DNA of 38,361 nucleotides from positions 1-38,361 of IMG/VR virus record IMGVR_UViG_3300010236_000004, one strand, 5' to 3'. Numbering within the stretch: the stretch's first letter is position 1; every line of letters starts with the position of its first letter. Source of the stretch: a virus. Of the stretch, positions 23,561 to 32,463 are shown piece after piece. The notes beneath the pieces were generated by a model. That model saw only the letters and a program-made list of their open reading frames with translations. It searched no databases and was not told where the DNA came from. The position numbers and the translations under genes are program-made.

Positions 23561-24752
23561 ATAATTCTGCCTTCCACGCCTCGATCGCACTTTGCGCTGT
23601 TCCAGGCAAAAAACTCACATCAGCAGCCAACAGATCTTCAAACGTGTGCACCCCTTGCTCGTGCAGCTTCTCATCCGTTGCCTTTCCGACGCCGGAAATC
23701 GCCGTAAAATCTTCAAACTGCTCAACCGGCACCGCTTCCTTGTTCTCTCCAGGCAGCCGCATCTTGTTCCCCTGTGGCGCTCTGCCTTTCTCATGCGTGT
23801 ATTCCAGCCCAAGTTCCTGGGCATCTTTCAACCGCATCTTCGCATACTGCCCTGGACGAGAAAAAACCTTCACCAGTGGGTTATCTTTATTGTTCATGTC
23901 AACCTTTCCTTTAGGTATTTCACCTTGTAAACCATAACGTTCTCTTATTTTTTGTTCATCTTCCGGGCGGCATTTCACAAACTGCCCGGGAGCTAATTCA
24001 ATTCTTATCATCGGCAGCCGTGACTGTTTTGCCGCCTGCTTTTCATACTGCCGTGTGCGCTGCTTCATATCGATCCGCGCGTCCCCTGCACCAAACCAGT
24101 GATACAGCATGTAGCACTTCGACAAAGCGGATGTGTTCCAGGTGTGCGGCAGTGTCAGGTAAACAGCCTCTGACCGCAGTAGAGCGCGCAGCAGGGCAAC
24201 CTGTTCATCCCATCCCTGGTATCGTTCCCATTCTTCTGACCATAAGTCAAATAATTCCTTTGTTCTCTCATTCTTTCGCCAGAAGATCATCCCGCTGTTG
24301 TGATACAGCAGCAAGCCCGTCCCCATGTTTTTCGCAGTTTCAATGCACTCCCGTGGATCAGCAATCCCTTCATCCAGCGATCGTGTCTCTGTTTCAGCAA
24401 GTGCCGCATCCCACTTATCCAGCAGCCGAAACCCTTCCGTCGGCGGCCGCTGAAAATAAGTGTCGCAGTCCACGTACAGCGACCTTTCAAACGGGCTGAT
24501 TTTTGCCAGCAGCGGCTTGATCCGACCAGCCGAAAAACGAAATCCCTTCTTGCGATCGGGTGTAAACGGATCCACCTCACATAGGTGTGTATAGACCGTC
24601 TCATCATCCTCGAACGCCTTCACAGCGGCTTCATCCCCAACAATCAATACGGGTATTGTAGGCAGGAAGCGTCTTAGAGAATAGATCGATTGTTTTGCCT
24701 GCTCAATTGCATTATCGCCCCAGGCGATATAAATCACGCCGCTGTCTGTCAT
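23559..24752 (-). CDS. Glycosyltransferase-like protein (GT8-like, DxD motif) with a C-terminal helix-hairpin-helix region.
   Basis: GVIYIAWGDNAIEQAKQSIYSL...SLYVDCDTYF is paralogous to the C-terminal half of 25333..26541. The C-terminal ISGVGKATDEKLHEQGVHTFEDLL is HhH-like. Confidence 0.55.
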   Translation of the reverse strand: MTDSGVIYIAWGDNAIEQAKQSIYSLRRFLPTIPVLIVGDEAAVKAFEDDETVYTHLCEVDPFTPDRKKGFRFSAGRIKPLLAKISPFERSLYVDCDTYFQRPPTEGFRLLDKWDAALAETETRSLDEGIADPRECIETAKNMGTGLLLYHNSGMIFWRKNERTKELFDLWSEEWERYQGWDEQVALLRALLRSEAVYLTLPHTWNTSALSKCYMLYHWFGAGDARIDMKQRTRQYEKQAAKQSRLPMIRIELAPGQFVKCRPEDEQKIRERYGLQGEIPKGKVDMNNKDNPLVKVFSRPGQYAKMRLKDAQELGLEYTHEKGRAPQGNKMRLPGENKEAVPVEQFEDFTAISGVGKATDEKLHEQGVHTFEDLLAADVSFLPGTAQSAIEAWKAEL

Positions 24753-25336
24753 GCCATCCTCCGAAAAGCGATCAAATAATCCACCTGGTCGATCAGGCGC
24801 CATCTCGTTACCGACCCTGACCAGTTCTCAGGGTCCAGCCACCACTCCGTGACCGCCTTTGCCACGCCCGGGATGGACGGTTGGAACATATCATGAAAAC
24901 AAATAATGCCATTTCCCTTGATCTTCGGCGTCCAGTCAGCGATGTCCTCTTTCACGGTTTCATAGCTGTGACCGCCGTCCACGAATAGCATCCCGATTTC
25001 ATCTTCATAAAACGGTGCCGCATCATGGCTCATTAATTCAAACAATTCCGGTGCTTCCAATCCTGCTTTTTCCAGGTTCGATCGCCATAATCTCGCACTT
25101 GGGATCATCGTGTTTGGCGTCTGCAAAAATGGATCCACGCTTGCCACATTAGCACCAAACACTTTAGCCGCTTGCATCAATACAGCCGTTGACCGTCCAT
25201 GTAAGCAGCCGATCTCGACCAGCGGCCCCTTCTGCCTGGCTAACTTATACAAAAATGCCAATTCTGCCTCATGCATCTGCCCAGGGATGCTCATTGCGAG
25301 TTTTGCAGCATTGGTCGCTTCACGTTCTATGGTCAT
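24749..25336 (-). CDS. Class I SAM-dependent methyltransferase (Methyltransf_24-like).
   Basis: VEIGCLHGRST (motif I) and LFVDGGHSYETVKEDI...GIICFHD. ATGA overlaps at both ends. Confidence 0.7.
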   Translation of the reverse strand: MTIEREATNAAKLAMSIPGQMHEAELAFLYKLARQKGPLVEIGCLHGRSTAVLMQAAKVFGANVASVDPFLQTPNTMIPSARLWRSNLEKAGLEAPELFELMSHDAAPFYEDEIGMLFVDGGHSYETVKEDIADWTPKIKGNGIICFHDMFQPSIPGVAKAVTEWWLDPENWSGSVTRWRLIDQVDYLIAFRRMA

Positions 25337-26541
25337 TTTGGCGCTCCCTCTCTGCTGCATCGCCTGTGGGCGTGGTAAACAAATTGTGCGTCTTTGATCC
25401 TATGTGTGTTCCAGGATTGCCGCATCGATGCCAGCCGTACAGGGTACTTACCCATCGCCCTGAAAAACGCTGGCTGATCCTGTTTGCCCCATCGCTGCCA
25501 TTCCTGGTGCCACGATTGCATCAACCTTTTCACTCGATCCTTACGGGTGAAATACATCACGCCTGTGTTGTAATAGCAGTATTCCCCGCCGCCTGTCTCC
25601 CGCTTTGTTTTGGTCATCTCTTCTTTGATCATCCGTGGGTGACGGTTGCGGTTGAAAATTCTCACCGTGTCCTGCCCCATCACCAGGTCAACATTATCCA
25701 AAAGGTCAAACCCATGCTGGGGATCACTCAATACTTCTGTGTCAGCATCCAGATAAAGCGTCTTATAAAAAGGTGATAATGAATACATCCTCGTTTTGAT
25801 ATTTCGGGCGCCGCGATCCATATCCACGTGCCTGATCAGTATATCCGCCCCTTTGACCTGCTTAGCGTCCGTTATGACCGCTATAGGCTTGTCTGTAATG
25901 CGCTCTGTTAAAGTTTCAATGGATTTTTCCACGTTCAGAACGGCTTTTTCACCATAAGCGACGTACAGAACGCCTTCCTGGGCGATTGTATGGCGAAAAG
26001 CGATCATCGTTCCGGCTCGCTCAACCTCAATCCAGTCAGGGTTGGCTTTATGCCAGTCATCCACTGCTTCTTTCACTTCTGGACGGTCCAACGCTTCTTT
26101 TCTTGCCGGACCGTAATCATGGATGCATACAGCGCCGCCTGGTCGGACCTTCGGCGTGTAATTGTTCAAATCGTTCAAACACTCTTCATAGCTGTGACCG
26201 GCGTCAATGTGCAGCAGGTCGATCTCATGCTCAAAATCACTGGCAACCTCGTCCGTGGTGCCGATGTAAAATTCAGCCTGCACCCCTTTGCTTTTCAGGT
26301 TAGCCTGTGTCTCTTCAAGCGTCGATCCCTTATAACCTCGATGGCTCATATCCCCAAACCAGTCAATCCCGTACAGTTTGGCTTTCGGATTAGACAATCC
26401 CATCGCAATCAGAGACCGCCCCTTATAGCAGCCAAGCTCAGCGATGCTCTCAGCAGATCGAGCCATCCTGCAAAGCAGGGCAAGCTCGTCAACGGTCATC
26501 AAACCGTGTACACCCTTCACTTTTCTTAATATCTCATCCAT
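25333..26541 (-). CDS. Fusion of a SAM-dependent methyltransferase (N-terminal) and a glycosyltransferase-like domain (C-terminal).
   Basis: N-terminal AELGCYKGRS...LLHIDAGHSYEECLNDL...GGAVCIHD. C-terminal GVLYVAYGEKAVLNVEKSIETL...TLYLDADTEV (DxD). Confidence 0.65.
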   Translation of the reverse strand: MDEILRKVKGVHGLMTVDELALLCRMARSAESIAELGCYKGRSLIAMGLSNPKAKLYGIDWFGDMSHRGYKGSTLEETQANLKSKGVQAEFYIGTTDEVASDFEHEIDLLHIDAGHSYEECLNDLNNYTPKVRPGGAVCIHDYGPARKEALDRPEVKEAVDDWHKANPDWIEVERAGTMIAFRHTIAQEGVLYVAYGEKAVLNVEKSIETLTERITDKPIAVITDAKQVKGADILIRHVDMDRGARNIKTRMYSLSPFYKTLYLDADTEVLSDPQHGFDLLDNVDLVMGQDTVRIFNRNRHPRMIKEEMTKTKRETGGGEYCYYNTGVMYFTRKDRVKRLMQSWHQEWQRWGKQDQPAFFRAMGKYPVRLASMRQSWNTHRIKDAQFVYHAHRRCSREGAPK

Positions 26542-26566
26542 GCAGCAGTGTCCAATCCTTTTTGTC

Positions 26567-26594
26567 GGGGAACGGAGATATCTCCCCGTCCCCC
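26567..26594 (-). other. Strong stem-loop between the capsid gene and the methyltransferase gene.
   Basis: 12-bp perfect palindrome GGAGATATCTCC flanked by GGGG/CCCC arms. No U-tract follows on the minus strand, so I do not call it a terminator. Confidence 0.35.
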
Positions 26595-26632
26595 GTCTTT
26601 ACTTTCAGCTTTCAGCCTTTAGCTTTTTGCTA

Positions 26633-27865
26633 TTAGCTTGCCGCCAGTGAAACCTCAACAAAGGCGGTGGGCTTCAACACGCCGAATGCGGCACGGAGCT
26701 CTCCGAGGATTGCAACCATGTTACGGATGAAGAAGTCATCGTGAGAATCGCTCACGCTGATCGTGGTCTGTTCACGATCCCACAAAACAGCCTTGTTCCA
26801 GTTGCCGAGGATCGGTGTATCTTCAACAGCGTTGAAGCTCTCGATCACAGGCACACCCCAAAGGGTGTTGGGTCCGGCTGCGAATGGGCCGCCGCGATGG
26901 TAACGACCGTAATCGTCCTTCAGCAGGTCGATGTCTTCCCAGTTGTTGGGATGCATCACCCATGCTGTTGGGGACACCTTGCCGTTCGTGCGCAGGTTCG
27001 TGATTGCCTTCCGGCAGGTTTCCAAAATGCTCGTGGAGTAAGCCTGTCCGAGGACGTTGGAGGTGTTGTAGATGCCGGTGAATTCACCGTCAGCGCCGTC
27101 ACCATTCAAGATCAAGCGGTCAAGTTCTTCCAGCAAGTCATCACGGATTTCCTGGTCGATGATCCCACGGAGCTGTGAAGCGTCCGAGAGCGCCATCTTT
27201 GTGGCAGGCACCCACACCGCAACGGTTTGTACGTTGGATGTCACACGGGCGAAGGTTGTTGCACCTTCGGGCTTATCGCCGCCTGTGGCTGTTGCAGTAG
27301 CTTCCTCAACAGCCGTGGCTTGTGTCACCTGGGCTGTCTGGCGGACGAATTCCACCGCATCTGTGGTTGTCTGGCGTCGTGATACCAGGTCAAGAACAGA
27401 AGTTGGGTAACGTCCGAGAGGCTCATAAATGCCGGTGTCCTCAGCAACGATGAAAGCACCGCCGCTGGTGGCACCTGCACCGGTCACCAGGGTTTTGATG
27501 TTCAAGCCTTCGATCTCAACCGCAGGAGAGTTGATCCCTTTCATGCTGTCAGGGATTCGCCCATTAGGAGCGATCTGTTTCAGCCAGGATTGGAAGGCAT
27601 CATGTTTGACGAATTGATCGCCAATAGAACCGCCTGCCATCTTCCTGGTCTTTTGCTCACCCTCAGCCGCTTTGGCTTCAAGCTCTGAAGAAATACGCTC
27701 AACCATCTCGTGGTCGTCTTTGTGTTTCTTTGCCTGGGTGAGTTTTTCGGAAACCTTCGCCTTTTCCTCGTCGGTCAGGTTCCGGTCTTCACTGATTGCA
27801 AGCTCAGTGATAGCTTTTGCTTCCTGCAATAATGCAGTTCGTTTTTCTAAAAGTGTCTTGGGCAT
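26633..27865 (-). CDS. Major capsid protein, HK97 family, with an N-terminal delta/scaffold-like coiled coil.
   Basis: 410 aa, directly after the prohead protease gene. N-terminal MPKTLLEKRTALLQEAKAITEL...EEKAKVSEKLTQAKKHKDDHE coiled coil followed by an HK97-type body. Confidence 0.9.
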   Translation of the reverse strand: MPKTLLEKRTALLQEAKAITELAISEDRNLTDEEKAKVSEKLTQAKKHKDDHEMVERISSELEAKAAEGEQKTRKMAGGSIGDQFVKHDAFQSWLKQIAPNGRIPDSMKGINSPAVEIEGLNIKTLVTGAGATSGGAFIVAEDTGIYEPLGRYPTSVLDLVSRRQTTTDAVEFVRQTAQVTQATAVEEATATATGGDKPEGATTFARVTSNVQTVAVWVPATKMALSDASQLRGIIDQEIRDDLLEELDRLILNGDGADGEFTGIYNTSNVLGQAYSTSILETCRKAITNLRTNGKVSPTAWVMHPNNWEDIDLLKDDYGRYHRGGPFAAGPNTLWGVPVIESFNAVEDTPILGNWNKAVLWDREQTTISVSDSHDDFFIRNMVAILGELRAAFGVLKPTAFVEVSLAAS

Positions 27866-27866
27866 G

Positions 27867-28505
27867 TTAATCCTCCAAAAGTTCTAAATCTAAATAGGTT
27901 AATATTGTTTCCGGACTCACGCCGCTCTCATTACTGGGATCTCCAGCCTCTGATTCGTTTGTTTCGTCAGGATTCTGATCAGCATCTTCCGACGCTGTAC
28001 CATTTATGTCGTTGCGAGCTTGCGAAGCAATCTCGTCTTCCTTGGCGCTCTTGATGTCCGTGGTCATCGTGCCAATGCCAGCGCCCAAAAGCACCGGCGA
28101 TACTTCGTGCACCTTCATTTTCTCGAGAAATCGCACTTGCTGATCCTCAAACTCGCCTTCTGAGGTCTTCTCGATGTCAAACCCGTAGCTCCATTCCTGC
28201 AGCTCCGCCAGATTCTTGACCGTTTTGTAGGTTTCAAGACCTGCCTGTGTGTCCAGGAAGAATTTCCCGTCAACCCATGCTTTCTCTTCATCTGCGCCAA
28301 GCACACCCCTACCAACCGGCAGATCGTGCCAGCGATGCCCCCAGTAGGCGATCCGCACCTTCTGGCCGACCTCAAAAGCACCGGGGAGCGTTACATCCCT
28401 GTCAAGGTCGATCACATTGAAGGTGGCAAAAATCGCACGGAACGAACCTTGCTCGTCGTCACCCTCTTTGAATTCGATTGTTGGTCGAAATACTTTTTTA
28501 TACAT
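27867..28505 (-). CDS. HK97-family prohead protease.
   Basis: GSFRAIFATFNVIDLDRDVTLPGAF is the family N-terminal pattern. Located between the portal and capsid genes. Confidence 0.85.
   Translation of the reverse strand: MYKKVFRPTIEFKEGDDEQGSFRAIFATFNVIDLDRDVTLPGAFEVGQKVRIAYWGHRWHDLPVGRGVLGADEEKAWVDGKFFLDTQAGLETYKTVKNLAELQEWSYGFDIEKTSEGEFEDQQVRFLEKMKVHEVSPVLLGAGIGTMTTDIKSAKEDEIASQARNDINGTASEDADQNPDETNESEAGDPSNESGVSPETILTYLDLELLED
28012..28033 (-). repeat. Copy A of the 22-bp element TTGCGAGCTTGCGAAGCAATCT, inside the protease gene.
   Basis: Exact core. On the coding strand it encodes IASQARND in frame. Confidence 0.85.
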
Positions 28506-28541
28506 CCGAACCTCTCTTTGTCACTTGTGCCCGCTAGGGTA

Positions 28542-28563
28542 TTGCGAGCTTGCGAAGCAATCT
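28542..28563 (-). repeat. Copy B of the 22-bp element, intergenic between the portal stop and the protease SD.
   Basis: Exact core, identical to copies A and D. Not in any annotated reading frame. Confidence 0.85.
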
Positions 28564-28568
28564 CTCTT

Positions 28569-30557
28569 TCATTCAGTTTCCCTGTTGTATCTCAAACTGC
28601 ATTCACAGTTCACCGTCTCTGCTGCGCTGCCTTCATAATCACCAGGCCAGCGCATCCCATTCGAAAATCTTTCATAAATGCCAACAGTCTCCCCGTTCAT
28701 CGAAGAGTGGCTGTCTCGTGGGTTGGTCGAATTCACCACCCAGGTCTTTGTCGTGATCCTTCCCTTCACCGCTGCCTTGTAAGCACCGTAATTTGAAAGG
28801 CTGGTCACCCGTCCGATCGCAAACCTTGCCACCGTCACGGCCAGCAAACCCTGAAACACACGCTGCACAGCCGACTTCGGGTCTTCCTGTGTCAATGCCT
28901 CTTCAATTTGCAGCCGTGTGCTCTCATTCATGTACTCGGCGGCAATGCGGGCATTTTCATCGATGTATTTCTGCATCGTCTCTTCTGTGATAACCACGCC
29001 CAACGCTTTGCCGAGGGTTTGAGCCCATGCCAGCGCTGTTTGCATGCTCAACGGCGTAAAATCCGCAGTAACCTCGTTATTCCAGCGATCGACATCCCAG
29101 ATAGCATCGATATCTTTTATGTTGTCATTGCGAGCCTGCGAAGCAATCTTTCCTTTTCCTATCTGCGGTAAGATCGCATTCTGTTGACGCTCAAACGTCT
29201 TCACCAGCAGCGAACGCCATTTCTCGTCGTAGATATCCTTCAACGCTGGAAATCGCATATCGAACGACTCTATTTCTTTGATGTTGTCATTGCGAGCTTG
29301 CGAAGCAATCTTCTTTTCCACGTCTCCATCCTTCGGAGCGCTATCCGTCGGGCTTGCCTGACCGCCAACCAGCACATTCAGCGGCACGATCAGCTCATCA
29401 GCACCTTCGATCTTCGGCAGGTTCATGATCGACCGTGCCTCATTGACTGTCATGTACGCTGTACCCGTTGCAGATTGCAGCGATCGGATCTGTGTCTCAA
29501 AATCACCTGTCATCTTCTCCTGGATGTTGAATTCCAGGTAAACGCCTTCCGTATCGTCAAAATCTTTCAGAAGTTGCAATTGCAGATCTTCTTCGATCAT
29601 CGCCAGCCACGGACCCAGCACATCGGTATACAGGCTCTTATGCTGGCTCTCAATGTTGGAATACGTTGCATGATCCAGAATCCCTACCAGTGGTGGTGGG
29701 ATGTGATAGGCTCTCGCACATTCTTCCCGTGTCAGCTTTCGCCCTTCCAGGTATTCACTGTCCTTCGGGTTGAATGAAATACTTTTGAATTCCATCCCGT
29801 CTTCCAGGATTGCCGTCTTCCCGCTGTTCTCAACACCAGAATACAACGCCTGCCACTCTTTTTTGAAACGCTGCCTGGCAATATCGCTCCAAACAGGTGA
29901 ATTAGCCGGACGGTTGATAACGCCGTTCATCCTGGCTGAGTTCTGCCAGTATTTCTCACGATATAAGGCAGCCGCATGCTCTTCCGCAAGCGTACGTCTT
30001 AGCGTCTCCAATGGCGATAATCCCTTTACGGCACTTTCAGAGTTATAAGACCGAAAATGAATGATTTCATCGGCAGCGTAAGTGCTTGGATTGCCAGAGT
30101 TGAAATTAAGCGTGTATTCGCTTGGATACAGGCTTCCTTTGACCGACACATAAATCGGCGGCAGCCTGACCAGCCCTTCCAGAACGCCGTCGCTGTTGAT
30201 TTCCTTTTTCAAAAACGCATTCCCGTAAATGCCAAGATCGCTCATTATTGATTCGATCATCCGGTAGCGTGTGAATTTCATCTTGTTTGGCAGCGGACGT
30301 CCGAGAAGCAATGCGATTGGGTGATCCCGTAAGCGTATCCGTCCTCTGTCAGCGTCCTGCCGGTAGGTATGCAGCCCAAGCTGAGCGATGTTTCTGGCAA
30401 GAAAATCAACGCAGGTTCGCACGTTCGGCTGCTCTTTGTAAAGCGTCGAGTAATCTTGCGTGAAACCGTTATACAGCGAGATACTGCCGCTTGTGGATGT
30501 TGGCCACCAGCCAGCTTCCATATTCACCAGGGTACGTTCTGATACAATTACGCTCAT
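28569..30557 (-). CDS. Portal protein (HK97 family) fused to a C-terminal MuF / SPP1-gp7-like minor head domain.
   Basis: Portal-type core (...EDGMEFKSISFNPKDSEYLEGRKLTREECARAYHIPPPLVGI...). C-terminal ...NPRDSHSSMNGETV...RWPGDYEGSAAETVNCECS is a MuF-type ending. Confidence 0.8.
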   Translation of the reverse strand: MSVIVSERTLVNMEAGWWPTSTSGSISLYNGFTQDYSTLYKEQPNVRTCVDFLARNIAQLGLHTYRQDADRGRIRLRDHPIALLLGRPLPNKMKFTRYRMIESIMSDLGIYGNAFLKKEINSDGVLEGLVRLPPIYVSVKGSLYPSEYTLNFNSGNPSTYAADEIIHFRSYNSESAVKGLSPLETLRRTLAEEHAAALYREKYWQNSARMNGVINRPANSPVWSDIARQRFKKEWQALYSGVENSGKTAILEDGMEFKSISFNPKDSEYLEGRKLTREECARAYHIPPPLVGILDHATYSNIESQHKSLYTDVLGPWLAMIEEDLQLQLLKDFDDTEGVYLEFNIQEKMTGDFETQIRSLQSATGTAYMTVNEARSIMNLPKIEGADELIVPLNVLVGGQASPTDSAPKDGDVEKKIASQARNDNIKEIESFDMRFPALKDIYDEKWRSLLVKTFERQQNAILPQIGKGKIASQARNDNIKDIDAIWDVDRWNNEVTADFTPLSMQTALAWAQTLGKALGVVITEETMQKYIDENARIAAEYMNESTRLQIEEALTQEDPKSAVQRVFQGLLAVTVARFAIGRVTSLSNYGAYKAAVKGRITTKTWVVNSTNPRDSHSSMNGETVGIYERFSNGMRWPGDYEGSAAETVNCECSLRYNRETE
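29128..29149 (-). repeat. Copy C of the 22-bp element, inside the portal::MuF gene.
   Basis: One mismatch (TTGCGAGCCTGCGAAGCAATCT). Flanks are also shared with copy D, about 40 bp in total. Encodes KIASQARNDNIKDID. Confidence 0.85.
29290..29311 (-). repeat. Copy D of the 22-bp element, inside the portal::MuF gene.
   Basis: Exact core, 162 bp from copy C. Encodes KIASQARNDNIKEIE. Confidence 0.85.
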
Positions 30558-30760
30558 GGCAGCACCTGCACAAAGTCAATGTTTTCTTTCAACACGATAA
30601 CCTCCCCATCAACACGAATCAGCTTCCCCTGGTCGTTTTCGATGAATGCCTGTTTCAGCACCCACACGCCAAATAACCGTGACCACAAAATACCCTTCAC
30701 GGATTGTTTATCGCTTTTTTTCGTGACGATCACTTCTCGGCGCCATAATCGAAATCGCAT
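30554..30760 (-). CDS. Small hypothetical protein between the terminase and portal genes.
   Basis: Overlaps both neighbours, suggesting translational coupling. No domain recognised. Confidence 0.5.
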   Translation of the reverse strand: MRFRLWRREVIVTKKSDKQSVKGILWSRLFGVWVLKQAFIENDQGKLIRVDGEVIVLKENIDFVQVLP

Positions 30761-32463
30761 TACACCGTCTCCAATCCACGAGATTCATACACTGATTGCG
30801 GCGGTTCCTCATGCCGTGTGCACCGGTCCAGCGCCATGATCAACGCGACCATGCCGTCAATCTTTTCCGTCGATCGCTCCCTGTCAGGCTTGATATTGCC
30901 AGCAGGGTCTTCTCTAACCACCAGATTGTCCGCCATCCAGTTCAATACCGGATCGTTCCCGTGTGCGATCTTATGCTCCAGGATCAACCGCTCCAGTTCC
31001 TTCATCGCAGGGGACATCGACTTATAACCCTGTCGGAATTGCACCATGAAGTCATCACCGCCCAATTCCATCAGCTTCGTCTGGATCATCGCCGATCCCC
31101 ACGGGTCAAATGCCAGTTCGCGGATGTCATACATCTGCATGTCCTGGTCGATCTGCTCAATAATAAAGTCATAATCGATCACATTCCCCGGCGTAGCAAT
31201 GATGTGCCCTTGCCGTACCCATGCTTCATACGGCACCCTGTCTTTACGTGTCCGCTCATGCATGGCATACTCCGGAATGAAAAACCGTCTGATCACCTGG
31301 TAGCGATCCTCATCAGTGTTTGGCGGGAAAACGTACAGCAAAGCGCAAATATCCGACGTATTTGAAAGGTCCAGACCGCCGTAAGCGATTCGCCCCTTCA
31401 AACCAAGTGGATCAACAGAAATTCCGCATGAATCCCAGTGTTCTCTCGGGATCCACTTTGTTTCAGCCTGGGTCCAGATATCCAGCTCTTTCCGCAAGAA
31501 GGCATTCAGCGCCGACGGCATCTCTTTTGCCTGGGTTGCCTTTCGCCGCATATCATCCCACTTCTTTGAAACGCCAAGATTAGGATTAGCCTTCACCCAA
31601 ACTTTCTCGTTTTCCCACGGATCGCCTTCTTCGTCCTTATCCTGTCCCTCTTTTCTATCCAGGGTGTAGATCATGCCAAACCAGGCATCGTCTTCAAGAA
31701 CGCCTGAAAGCACCTTTTTGGTATATTCGTGATGCTCCCAGCAGATCGACTCTCGGTTATAGCCGGATGTCGTGATCGTAAAAATAAGCGGCTGCCGTCT
31801 GGATCCCGTGGCAGTGTCAAGAACGTCGTAAACCTCGCGTGTCTTATGAGCGTGCAGCTCGTCGATGATCCCGCCGTGCAGGTTCAAACCGTCCATCGAG
31901 TCATAATCAGAGGACAACGGTTCGTATTTTGAAGCCGTATCCAGGATATAGATGTTGTCCCGCACAATTGCGACCTTATTCCTGATCGAAGGCGAGCTTT
32001 TCGCCATTCGCGTGGCTTCACTGTGGATGATCCTTGCCTGGTCACGTTTGGTTGCAGCCGAATAAACTTCTGCACCAGGCTCTCCGTCCGCAACCAGCAA
32101 ATAAAGCCCCAAGCCAGCACCAAGCGTCGATTTTCCGTTTTTACGGGCAACTTCGATATAAGAATTACGAAACCGCCGCAATCCAGACACCTTTTTCTTC
32201 CATCCGAACAGATTCGCAACGATAAACTGCTGCCAGGGCTCCAAAATCAGATGTTGACCAGCCCATTCACCCTTCGATTGTTTCAGCAGCGCAAAAAAGG
32301 CAATCACCTGTTGAGCGGCACCGTCGTCAAAATAAAGCCCTCGATCCTTTCCCTTTTCCAGGTCGTCAACAAATCGCTGGCAGGCGAGATTTACCCACTC
32401 GCAAGCGATTTGGTCACCACTCAGAACATCCTCGGCGTACTGCCGATACGAGAATCCCATCAT
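30760..32463 (-). CDS. terL: Terminase large subunit.
   Basis: 567 aa. Terminase_1/COG4626-type N-terminus (WQQFIVANLFGWKK...VARKNGKST Walker A-like) and a C-terminal nuclease region. Follows TerS. Confidence 0.9.
   Translation of the reverse strand: MMGFSYRQYAEDVLSGDQIACEWVNLACQRFVDDLEKGKDRGLYFDDGAAQQVIAFFALLKQSKGEWAGQHLILEPWQQFIVANLFGWKKKVSGLRRFRNSYIEVARKNGKSTLGAGLGLYLLVADGEPGAEVYSAATKRDQARIIHSEATRMAKSSPSIRNKVAIVRDNIYILDTASKYEPLSSDYDSMDGLNLHGGIIDELHAHKTREVYDVLDTATGSRRQPLIFTITTSGYNRESICWEHHEYTKKVLSGVLEDDAWFGMIYTLDRKEGQDKDEEGDPWENEKVWVKANPNLGVSKKWDDMRRKATQAKEMPSALNAFLRKELDIWTQAETKWIPREHWDSCGISVDPLGLKGRIAYGGLDLSNTSDICALLYVFPPNTDEDRYQVIRRFFIPEYAMHERTRKDRVPYEAWVRQGHIIATPGNVIDYDFIIEQIDQDMQMYDIRELAFDPWGSAMIQTKLMELGGDDFMVQFRQGYKSMSPAMKELERLILEHKIAHGNDPVLNWMADNLVVREDPAGNIKPDRERSTEKIDGMVALIMALDRCTRHEEPPQSVYESRGLETV

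Noticed and set aside
26598-26620. A shared GCTGAAAGCTGAA 13-mer downstream of the capsid gene and upstream of gene 36562..36792 (36799-36813).
   Set aside because: By a rough estimate, tens of 13-nt matches are expected by chance in a 38-kb genome compared on both strands. The flanks are not conserved.
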